DNA of 24,000 bases from an uncultured beta proteobacterium (GCA_963747225.1 CAVVES010000026.1:72449-96448); one strand, 5' to 3'; counted from the stretch's first letter, positions 15,969 to 23,296 are shown. Notes: generated by a model not told the origin, from the letters alone. Translations and numbers: made by a program.

Positions 15969-17552
15969 ATGACCGCTCACGTTCAACGCCGTAGCCACGC
16001 GCGCTTGCTTTCGGCAATCATTTGCGTCGCGTGGACGTTGCTGGGTCCGACAGGCCCCACCTCTGCCGCTGAAGCGCTGAAGTCGTACAACGTCGATCTC
16101 AGCGAGACTTCGGTCTCCGGGATTTCTTCTGGCGCATTCATGGCGGTGCAGTTCGGCGTCGCGCACTCTTCGATCGTGAAGGGCGTCGGCGCAACCGCAG
16201 GGGGTCCGTATTTCTGCGCCTCCGACGACGTGCCATCGCTGCGCGGAACCATCGGCAACGTGATCGCGCGCTGCATGCAGGGAGATCCCGCTTATCCCAA
16301 GCGGCCGATCACGAAGACGCAGATGGGTGCCATGGCGAAGGCCACGGAATCCTGGGCACGCGCGGGCAGGATCGATGCGACTTCTCACCTGAAGCGGCAA
16401 CGGATCTGGATCTTCCACGGGTACAACGACGGTGTCGTGAGGTATCCCGTCAGCGATGCGCTCTACGACTACTACACGCACTTCGTGGATCCGAGCCGGA
16501 TTTTCTACAAGGACAATCTGAAGGCCGGCCACGCCCAGATCACCGATGAGTGCGGGGACCGGCAAGGGGTATGCAACCTTTGTCAGCACACCGGCGGCAA
16601 TTTCATGAATCAATGCCAGCAAGCCGGTGCGACCAACGTTCCCTACGATGCCGCAGGCAGCATGTTGCAACACATCTACGGTACTTTGGCGCCGAGGAGC
16701 AGCCCCAGCGCGCCGAAAGGGAAGATCATCCCCTTTTCGCAGAGCGAGTTCGCGCGCGATGGAACCGGTGCGCCACTACCGATACGTATTGCGATGGCTG
16801 AAGACGGATACGTGTATGTCCCCGACGCGTGCGGCAAGGAAGAGCGCTGCCGAGTGCACATAGCTTTCCACGGGTGCCTGCAGTCCGCCGACAAGATCGG
16901 CAGCGCGTTCTACGAGCACGCCGGCTACAACGAGTGGGCGGACAACAATCACCTCATCGTCCTCTATCCGCAGACCCAGGCCACGTTGTTGTTCGGCCTC
17001 CCGATCAATCCGCAAGGTTGCTGGGATTGGTGGGGCTACAACGATTCTGCGTTCAATCCCTCGGGGCGTTATGCGACCAAGCAGGGACTGCAGATCGCGG
17101 CCATCCGCCGCATGCTGGATCGGCTGAGCGGACAGCAGTCTGCGGTCACGCCCGCGGGCGTTTCCGCGTCCCCGTCCGGCGCTGTGCCGGCGGGTTTCGT
17201 CGTCGGCGATTTCACTCATCGGAAGGTGGGCTTGCGGTGGGATCCCGTGGCAGGCGCTTCCGGATATAACGTCTACCGCAGCACGACCGCCGGCGGACCC
17301 TACAGCGATGCGCAGCGCGTGAACACACAACCGGAGGCGGGCACGACCCTCGTCGATTACAAAGTGAATCCGACCACGAAGTATTTCTACGTGGTAAGGG
17401 CGGTGGAATCAGGAAACAAGGAGAGCCCAGACTCGGCGGAGGTGAGCGTCGTCACCGCTCCGATCCCTCCCGCGTGCGATCCGTTCTTTTCCTTGCAGAA
17501 GAACGCGGCGGTTACGAAAAACAACAAGCCGACTACGGAAACTTGTCCCTGA
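15969..17552 (+). CDS. secreted PHA/PHB-depolymerase-like alpha/beta-hydrolase esterase with C-terminal fibronectin type III domain (527 aa)
   Basis: Signal peptide MTAHVQRRSHARLLSAIICVAWTLLGPTGPTSAAEA. Lipase box VSGISSGAFMAVQ near the N-terminus and HIAFHGCLQSAD (HGC oxyanion-type motif) further downstream. Fn3-like segment GLRWDPVAGASGYNVYRSTTAGGPY...KYFYVVRAVESGNKESPDS. Confidence 0.8.
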   Translation: MTAHVQRRSHARLLSAIICVAWTLLGPTGPTSAAEALKSYNVDLSETSVSGISSGAFMAVQFGVAHSSIVKGVGATAGGPYFCASDDVPSLRGTIGNVIARCMQGDPAYPKRPITKTQMGAMAKATESWARAGRIDATSHLKRQRIWIFHGYNDGVVRYPVSDALYDYYTHFVDPSRIFYKDNLKAGHAQITDECGDRQGVCNLCQHTGGNFMNQCQQAGATNVPYDAAGSMLQHIYGTLAPRSSPSAPKGKIIPFSQSEFARDGTGAPLPIRIAMAEDGYVYVPDACGKEERCRVHIAFHGCLQSADKIGSAFYEHAGYNEWADNNHLIVLYPQTQATLLFGLPINPQGCWDWWGYNDSAFNPSGRYATKQGLQIAAIRRMLDRLSGQQSAVTPAGVSASPSGAVPAGFVVGDFTHRKVGLRWDPVAGASGYNVYRSTTAGGPYSDAQRVNTQPEAGTTLVDYKVNPTTKYFYVVRAVESGNKESPDSAEVSVVTAPIPPACDPFFSLQKNAAVTKNNKPTTETCP

Positions 17553-17577
17553 GAATGCCTTCTCCTAGGTTTCCGGT

Positions 17578-17595
17578 TACACGTTGCAACGTATA
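17578..17595. promoter_or_regulatory. 18-bp near-perfect palindrome (operator-like) abutting the dioxygenase start codon
   Basis: TAcACGTTGCAACGTaTA: the core ACGTTGCAACGT is a perfect 12-bp palindrome (17581-17592), and the last base is the A of the ATG at 17595. Confidence 0.3.
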
Positions 17596-18321
17596 TGCAT
17601 AACGACGACCGGCTTCGCGGGTGGATCTTCACGCGCCGCGAAGCGTTGAAGCTTCTTGCCGCGAGCGGCACCTGGGCGTTGACCGGCTACTCGTTCCGGA
17701 GTGAGTCAGCGGTGCGAACGGGCACGTGCGTGGTGCGGCCCGAGTTGACGGAAGGGCCGTACTTCGTCGACAACGAGCTGCAGAGATCCGACATCCGTTC
17801 CGACCCTTCCGACGGGAGCGTCGCGCCCGGTGTGCCGCTGCAGCTGACCGTGAATCTGGCGCGCCTTGATTCGAGCGCTTGCGTTCCTCTTGCCGGCGCA
17901 AGGGTCGACGTTCTGGCATTGCGACGCACGGGGACTGTATTCGGGCGTGCGCGACCCGCACTTCGACACGGCCGGAAAGAAATTCCTCCGGGGTTACCAG
18001 GTGACTGATGCCGACGGCAAGGTCTCGTTCACCACGATCTATCCGGGCTGGTACCCGGGCCGCGCCGTGCACGTGCACTTCAAGGTCAGGTCGACCGCCG
18101 GCGCGCGGTCGATGCACGAGCTCACCTCCCAGTGGTTCTTCGATGAAAGCCTGACGGACGAAGTGCACTCCCGACCTCCGTATGCAGCGCAAGGTCGGAG
18201 ACGTACTCTGAACGAGCGGGACGGCATCTTCAGGGACGGCGGATCGCAGCTCATACTGGCCGTGGTGCCGGTGGCTTCCGGCTACGCGGCGACCTTCGAT
18301 ATCGCATTTCAGACGGGGTAG
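17595..18321 (+). pseudogene. Tat-exported intradiol ring-cleavage dioxygenase family protein, interrupted by a 1-nt frameshift
   Basis: Twin-arginine signal FTRREALKLLAASG. TEGPYFVD...SDIRSD...GVPLQL...PLAGARVDV runs in one frame, and WHCDARGLYSG...FLRGYQVTDADGKVSFTTIYPGWYPGRAVHVHFKV in the +1 frame. The junction is at GACGTTCTGGCAT (about 17911-17913). Confidence 0.7.
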
Positions 18322-18373
18322 ACCAGCCCGGATCGAAGGCAGGGAGAAAGGACCGGCGGAAGTCCCGATAAGG

Positions 18374-18826
18374 TCAGGGTTTCTTGCCGCGCACCAGCAG
18401 TACCGGGCAGGTCGCGCTATGCACCACGCCTTGGGCCACGCTACCCAGCAATGGATGGTGGAGACCTCGGTGTCCGTGGGTCCCCATTACGATCAAATCA
18501 GCCGGCCACGCATTCGCTTCCTTCACGATCAGGTCGGTCATCCGCGCATCAAATGAGGTGACTTGTACCAGTTTCGTTTCCGCCTCACCACCAGCATTGC
18601 GGACTACCGCCAGTGCATGTTCCAGTATTTTCACGCCGGACTCCTTTAAGGCTTCTTGGATGCCACTGAGGTCACCTACCTCGGAAACAAACTTCACGGT
18701 GACCAAGTCGACAACGTGAACGATTCGAAGACGAGACCCCAACTCCTTGGCCAGCTTCACCGCTTCAAGCAAAGCGGAATTGGAGATGTCGCTGCCATCC
18801 ACTGCTACCTGAATTTGTCTGTACAT
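18374..18826 (-). CDS. universal stress protein, UspA family (150 aa)
   Basis: MYRQIQVAVDGSD...LRIVHVVD...ADLIVMGTHGHRGLHHPLLGSVAQGVVHSATCPVLLVR (ATP-binding G-2x-G-9x-G(S/T) type). GAGGGAGGGAGG SD before the ATG at 18826; the GTG at 18862 is rejected. Confidence 0.9.
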   Translation of the reverse strand: MYRQIQVAVDGSDISNSALLEAVKLAKELGSRLRIVHVVDLVTVKFVSEVGDLSGIQEALKESGVKILEHALAVVRNAGGEAETKLVQVTSFDARMTDLIVKEANAWPADLIVMGTHGHRGLHHPLLGSVAQGVVHSATCPVLLVRGKKP

Positions 18827-18891
18827 GACCTCCCTCCCTCGCGTTAACCTGTCTGTCTCCACAACCTAGCCTGAGTCCAACAGCCCCAGCA

Positions 18892-18969
18892 TCAGTTGGC
18901 CGCCTCCGTGAGCCTTGTGTTGCCGTGTGCTAGCACAACGATATGGTGACAGAGCTCACCGACGTTCAT
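18892..18969 (-). pseudogene. 25-codon stump resembling the N-terminus of a CBS-domain protein
   Basis: MNVGELCHHIVVLAHGNTRLTEAAN* with a GAGGAAG SD upstream. It resembles the usual CBS-pair start (M.V.D.C...VVT....T.L.EAA.LM) but terminates at once. Short, so weak. Confidence 0.3.
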
Positions 18970-19037
18970 CGCTTCCTCGCTTTCAATTCGATCCATACAA
19001 TACGAATCCGCCTCGCAGCAGGGGTTGCAATCGCCGC

Positions 19038-19079
19038 AACTTACTCCTTCTCCGAGCACCGGAATTTGACGCTCGTCAA
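19038..19079 (-). promoter_or_regulatory. FNR/Anr/FixK-type class II promoter P1 (box plus -10)
   Basis: Palindromic box TTGAC-GCTC-GTCAA (19066-19079). Exactly 22 nt downstream on the minus strand lies TAAGTT (19043-19038), which puts the box centre near -41.5. Points toward the CBS stump and usp. Confidence 0.5.
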
Positions 19080-19316
19080 ATCAAGCGATGATCGCTTCGG
19101 GGGTCTCGGTGCGACGCACCCCAAGGAAGCTCCGGCCAGTAGGGCACCAAGCGATGAAACTCACTCTGACGCTGGCCTCTTCTTGCTGCAGCGCAAGCTA
19201 ACGGGGGCGGGGCAGGGGGCTTCGGCTTCCTCAGGGCTCTCGGCCACCGCATGAGAGGATTCCCCGCCCTTGCACTCCTGTCCTGGAGGACCGCCATGGG
19301 TCTCGATTTGATCCAG

Positions 19317-19358
19317 ATATTAGGCGATCGATCTTTGCAGCGATTTGACAGAGATCAA
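19317..19358 (-). promoter_or_regulatory. FNR/Anr/FixK-type class II promoter P2 (box plus -10)
   Basis: Box TTGAC-AGAG-ATCAA (19345-19358). Exactly 22 nt downstream on the minus strand lies TAATAT (19322-19317). Same geometry as P1. Confidence 0.5.
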
Positions 19359-19372
19359 AGGTGAAAGCCCTC

Positions 19373-19636
19373 TTATTGACTTAGCTCAATGCCGTATCCG
19401 GACCGAAGCGTATCTTGGTTTTCACGCGTAACCAAGAGGCGAGCCAGCGCCGCGCGTTTGCCGCTTTCAACATCGATGGTCAACGAGCCGGCATGGTCGA
19501 ACCATATGTCCATCTCGCTTATGCGCCACGAGGTGCGGGGCTCCTTTGCGCGCTCTTCTGGTTCGCGCAGAACGACGATATATATACGGTTGGTATACGG
19601 GCGCAAGAGCCCACGAATTCCTGGCAGCTTCTTCAT
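19373..19636 (-). CDS. hypothetical protein (87 aa)
   Basis: This ORF has more balanced composition than the overlapping frames (MKKLPGIRGLLRPYTNRIYIVVLREPEERAKEP...). No SD and no recognisable family. Lies in the AT-richer stretch. Confidence 0.35.
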   Translation of the reverse strand: MKKLPGIRGLLRPYTNRIYIVVLREPEERAKEPRTSWRISEMDIWFDHAGSLTIDVESGKRAALARLLVTRENQDTLRSGYGIELSQ

Positions 19637-19692
19637 GCTCGAGCACTACTACTCGACCAACCAGACGGTGTGCTACCGCTCCGCGTAGGACG

Positions 19693-20028
19693 ATGTCTAT
19701 GGCGACTGGCTGGTCGCCACGCCCGAGTGCGAAATCCAAAATTGCTCCGCTAATTCCCGTGCCCGACCTACCGTGCCACCAACTCGAGCGGTTGCAGGAC
19801 GCGTTCATTCACGAGGGGCTAGCCTATGAGTACGATCCGGAGCGCGAACAGGAGGCTGAGGCGTTGCGCTCCTCAGGGTACCCTGTGCTCGCCGTTAACA
19901 TCAGGGCGTCCAAGCTGAACAAGCTTGTGACTGGCGCGCCGATTTACACGTACAGCACGCCCGGCGCGGATATTCGGCTGGTCAACTTCCTCGCGCAGCG
20001 CTGGCCACTGGATTACATGCCGGACTGA
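19693..20028 (+). CDS. hypothetical protein (111 aa)
   Basis: Only the distal part of track ORF 19546-20028 looks protein-like (…HQLERLQDAFIHEGLAYEYDPEREQEAEALRSSGYPVLAVNIRASKLNKLVTGAPIYTYSTPGADIRLVNFLAQRW…). The ATG at 19693 has a weak AGGA upstream. Lies 43 nt upstream of the large membrane protein. Confidence 0.4.
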   Translation: MSMATGWSPRPSAKSKIAPLIPVPDLPCHQLERLQDAFIHEGLAYEYDPEREQEAEALRSSGYPVLAVNIRASKLNKLVTGAPIYTYSTPGADIRLVNFLAQRWPLDYMPD

Positions 20029-20071
20029 CGTGTGGGCTGATTGACTCTAACGCGTGATTGGGAGCGGCAAT

Positions 20072-21736
20072 ATGGTTGATAGTTGGAGCGTGGATCGGCG
20101 AGCCTTACTTGCTCTTAGCGCCTGCGTTGCCGCTCAGCTTCTGTTCGTCCTCGCATTCGATCCATTCCCGGGGGAGGACACGGCCACGCATCTCGTGTCC
20201 GCGAAGGGCCTGTCAGACTTCGTCGCCGGCAGCTCGATCACCGCTTCCCGTGTTCTGGAATGGAACTTCGTCCCGGTTCCCAATCTGCTTCCCGAACTGG
20301 TCCTCGCGGCCGTAATGCGAGTAATCGGCCCCCATTGGGCGGAGCGCCTCATCGTGCTCGGGTATGTCGCGCTGCTGCCCTTTGCCGCCGTCTGGGCAAT
20401 CCGTCAGGTGCGCCCAGGCGCGACGCCCCTCGCTTTCCTGGTGCTTGCGCTGACGTTCAACGTACCTTTTCTGTGGGGGTTCCTGAATTTCAGCTATTCG
20501 ATCGTCGGCTTCCTCGTCGTCGGGGGCTTGCTCCTGCGTTGGCAGGGGCAGCTCGATTCCAGACGCACGGCGCTGCTCGCGTTCGCGCTGGTGCTCGTAT
20601 TCTTCACACATTTGGTCGGTTACCTGGAAGCCGGGCTCCTCGCCGCGTGCATGCTCTGCGCGGCTTCCCTGGCCAGCGAACGCCGCTCCATCGCATTTAT
20701 GCGTGCCATCGCCGCCCTGGCACCGGCAGCCGTTCTGACGCTGATCTTCCTGGTCTCGACGCACTCCGCGCCGGCGGTTGTCTCGTTCGATCCGCTGGGG
20801 AAGCTGAAGGATCTGCTGCTGCTGACGGGGAGCATCGCCACCTACGACAGGTTCGAGAAACTGCCCTGCGCCGCAGCCGCGCTCGCGGTATGGGGCCTCG
20901 TGCTGCTTGCGCTCGTCCGCAGCCGCGGGAGGTGGATCGCCCGTCCGATTCCGGCAGGAGTTGCCGCATTTGTGCTTCTGTCGTCGTTCGTAGCCCTGTT
21001 CGCTCCCGATGAAATCCGGACGGGAGGCACGCTTGGCTCGATCCGGTACATGCTGTTTCCGGTGCTCGGCGCAATCCTCTGGCTTGCCTGCCAGAAACTG
21101 CCATCCCGTGCTTTGTTCGCGGCCTGCACCGTCGCGGTGGGCGCAGCAGCGACTCTTGCGGCGATACGCTACGACGAGCTGCGCGCAATCGAGGCCGCGG
21201 TGCAGGATCTCGATTCCCTCGAGGCGTGCCTGGCGGCCGGATCAACCGTGGTTCAAGCCAATCTGCGCCGCGTCCACTTCGGCTCGCTCGGACGCTTTTC
21301 CCAACTGGCAGCGGAAGCAGGGCGGCTGACCGTCGTCCGAGAAAGCTTCAATCTTGGCACCGTCGACTGGGCGGTGCCGTTCGGTCTGCTCAAGTTCCGG
21401 AAAGAGACGAATCCCTATACACACCTCGTGCAGCCGGGGCACCGATACTTCTCGGTGGAAGCCGCGCCGCCGCCGTTCGATCTCGAAAACTTCGAGCATT
21501 CCACGGGAGTTCCGCTGGACTATGTTCTCGTGTTCGGACGCTCGCTGCCGCAGGGCTCAACGGAAACACCGCCCTGGAACATGTCCGCGGAGCAGATCAC
21601 CTTTGCGCGGAATCGCTTCGACGCGAGCCTCAAGGATCGCTATACGCTGGTGAGGACGTCGCCCCGCGGAATCTGGGCGCTCTGGGCGAACCGGGCCTCC
21701 GCGCGCGATGTTAGGACGCCTTCCTGTCAGGGTTGA
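20072..21736 (+). CDS. large polytopic membrane protein (554 aa), about 10 TM helices plus a C-terminal soluble domain of about 190 aa; GT-C-glycosyltransferase-like topology, function unknown
   Basis: Long hydrophobic ORF. The first loop carries an acidic/His motif FDPFPGEDTATHL. GGGAG lies 7 nt before the ATG at 20072 (the track start at 20054 is a GTG). Confidence 0.8.
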   Translation: MVDSWSVDRRALLALSACVAAQLLFVLAFDPFPGEDTATHLVSAKGLSDFVAGSSITASRVLEWNFVPVPNLLPELVLAAVMRVIGPHWAERLIVLGYVALLPFAAVWAIRQVRPGATPLAFLVLALTFNVPFLWGFLNFSYSIVGFLVVGGLLLRWQGQLDSRRTALLAFALVLVFFTHLVGYLEAGLLAACMLCAASLASERRSIAFMRAIAALAPAAVLTLIFLVSTHSAPAVVSFDPLGKLKDLLLLTGSIATYDRFEKLPCAAAALAVWGLVLLALVRSRGRWIARPIPAGVAAFVLLSSFVALFAPDEIRTGGTLGSIRYMLFPVLGAILWLACQKLPSRALFAACTVAVGAAATLAAIRYDELRAIEAAVQDLDSLEACLAAGSTVVQANLRRVHFGSLGRFSQLAAEAGRLTVVRESFNLGTVDWAVPFGLLKFRKETNPYTHLVQPGHRYFSVEAAPPPFDLENFEHSTGVPLDYVLVFGRSLPQGSTETPPWNMSAEQITFARNRFDASLKDRYTLVRTSPRGIWALWANRASARDVRTPSCQG

Positions 21737-21752
21737 ATGCGGCCAAATCCTG

Positions 21753-22187
21753 CTAGCGTCGCGGAGCGCGCAGCTTGGCGGAGCAGGCGAAATCGAGCGC
21801 GGAATCGCCGAGCAGCCCCGGCACCATGTAACTGAACGTCACGCTTTTTGGTTCGGCAATGATCTTCCCGACCGTCTCGCCATTGACGTCGTAAAAGATC
21901 GCCTGCAGTTCCGCCGATGTGCGCGCCTTGCAGTCGTAGCTCGTGAGATAGCGGGCCGTCCGAAACGGCTTGTGCACGCTGGTGAGTGGGGGTGGCGAGC
22001 GGTCCTCCGAATACTCCCACTTCTCCCAGGCGCGCCGGAAACCGTCCTTCACGGCGATACTGTCGGCGTCGACGTGGACGACGACCTTCTCGGTCTGGCC
22101 CACGACGGTCCAGCGCTCCGCCGCCGCGATGCCATGCACGCCGCACACTCCCACGAACGCGAAAAACAGACGATGGACGATTTTCAT
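21753..22187 (-). CDS. secreted surface-adhesin-E-like family protein (144 aa)
   Basis: Signal peptide MKIVHRLFFAFVGVCGVHGIAAA, then W.VVG....V.VD..SI....G.RRAWEKWEY…YDC…IFYD..G…PG…AC. This pattern recalls the adhesin E (PE-like) family. Recalled from memory, not searched. Confidence 0.7.
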   Translation of the reverse strand: MKIVHRLFFAFVGVCGVHGIAAAERWTVVGQTEKVVVHVDADSIAVKDGFRRAWEKWEYSEDRSPPPLTSVHKPFRTARYLTSYDCKARTSAELQAIFYDVNGETVGKIIAEPKSVTFSYMVPGLLGDSALDFACSAKLRAPRR

Positions 22188-22193
22188 GCCTTG

Positions 22194-22577
22194 TCAGCGC
22201 TTGCGAGTCGATGTGGTCGAACAGGGAAAGAGCGGTTGCACCGCTTTGACGACCAGGGCATCGGGCGCCATGTGCAGCTGCTTCGGGTGCTCGCGCAGGT
22301 ATCTTGCGGTCGCGGCGCTCATCTGATCGCGAACGCCGCGCGCGGATGGCAGGCAGATGCTGCGTGAGGCGAGCGCTGCCCCTTCGACATAGCCTATGAA
22401 GTAGTTTACCTGCCGCTCCTCGTACTCGGACGAGAAACGCCCGTCCCGCACCGAGGCCTCGTACAGCTTTCCCAACCGCGCCAGGTCCTTGCCGGTGAAA
22501 TCCTGCGCCCGGGCGAGCGCCCTTGCCGGGTCGGCCGCCGCGACGACGGCGCTGAGCGCGAGGAGGAGAAGCTTCAT
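22194..22577 (-). CDS. Rap1a/Tai4-like periplasmic protein (putative type VI amidase-effector immunity family, 127 aa)
   Basis: Signal peptide MKLLLLALSAVVAAA. C-terminal pattern NYFIGYVEGAALAS..ICLPSARGVRDQMSAATARYLREHPKQLHMAPDALVVKAVQPLFPC matches the family signature (GY..G..D....C.P..VT..Q....V..YL..HPE..H..A..LV..AL...FPC). AAGGA SD before the ATG at 22577. Confidence 0.7.
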   Translation of the reverse strand: MKLLLLALSAVVAAADPARALARAQDFTGKDLARLGKLYEASVRDGRFSSEYEERQVNYFIGYVEGAALASRSICLPSARGVRDQMSAATARYLREHPKQLHMAPDALVVKAVQPLFPCSTTSTRKR

Positions 22578-22911
22578 CGGGTCCTTGAGGTGCGAGCGGC
22601 TATCGGTCGGGCTGGGCATCATTCGACCCATGCCTGCGTCACGGCCGCGAGTGTAACCGCTTTGGAGCGCGACGTTCAGGGAGACGGTCGAGTGGTGTTG
22701 TTGTCAGGAAGGGCGTGAAATCCTCGCACATAGCCTGCGAGGGAGCAAAGCAGGTCGTCGAAGCACTTGGTAGCTCTGACATGACCGGATTCAGGCGTGG
22801 CGGCTGGGCGCGGGGTGCTCTAACATCGCTTCTTGTGTTCGGACACGGTGGGCCATATGCCGAATTGAGACGACCCGCCCCGCAGCCCACGCCGACTCCG
22901 GAGGAACATTC

Positions 22912-23295
22912 ATGTGGCGCTTCCTGTTTTTCCGTCATATCGAAGCTATTTCCCGTGCGGCTCTCGCCCTTGCGCTCGGCCTGCTCATCCTTTCCGGCTG
23001 CACGGTCTACCAGACGGCGCCCGGCGTCTACGCCCCCGCGCCTCCAAGCGCCTTCGACCGTGCCTGGGAGGCTGCGCGCGGCGCGGCGTACGACGAGGGC
23101 GTCACCGTGACCTCGGAGGACCGTTCGCGGGGCGTGATCGTGGGCCGGAAGGGCGCTTTCGACGTGACTCTGAGCCTCGTCACCCAGGCCGATGGCAGCG
23201 TGCGGGTGAGCATCAAGACGCGCGGTCCTGAAGCGCAGGACCCCGCGCTCAACCAGCGGCTCACGGCCGCATACAATCGCCGCATGGGTCAGTAG
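22912..23295 (+). CDS. small lipoprotein, unknown function (127 aa)
   Basis: Lipobox LLILSGC after a hydrophobic N-terminus. GGAGGA SD 6 nt upstream. Its stop is 1 nt before the next ATG. Confidence 0.75.
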   Translation: MWRFLFFRHIEAISRAALALALGLLILSGCTVYQTAPGVYAPAPPSAFDRAWEAARGAAYDEGVTVTSEDRSRGVIVGRKGAFDVTLSLVTQADGSVRVSIKTRGPEAQDPALNQRLTAAYNRRMGQ

Positions 23296-23296
23296 G

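Noticed and set aside
13494-16673. ORFs 13494-14345 (+), 14047-14721 (-), 15062-15808 (-) and 15912-16673 (-)
   Set aside because: They are antisense or overlapping to the well-supported htpX, GFA, SRPBCC and depolymerase genes, with biased Arg/Asp/His composition.
18943-19254. 103-aa plus-strand ORF in the usp upstream region
   Set aside because: It has no SD and a low-complexity second half. It overlaps the better-explained minus-strand promoter, stump and leader structure.
19376-19389. Third FNR-like box TTGAC-TTAG-CTCAA, 31 bp from the P2 box
   Set aside because: One half-site is imperfect, and no -10-like hexamer lies at the class II distance on either strand. It may be an auxiliary site, but it is not supportable alone.
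21708-22367. 219-aa plus-strand ORF across the adhesin-E-like and Rap1a-like genes
   Set aside because: The opposite-strand frames have signal peptides and family signatures; this frame has neither.
22722-22742. 7-bp-stem hairpin CCTCGCA-7 nt-TGCGAGG in the Rap1a/lipoprotein intergenic region
   Set aside because: It has no U-tract, lies between divergent genes, and is short enough to arise by chance in GC-rich DNA.
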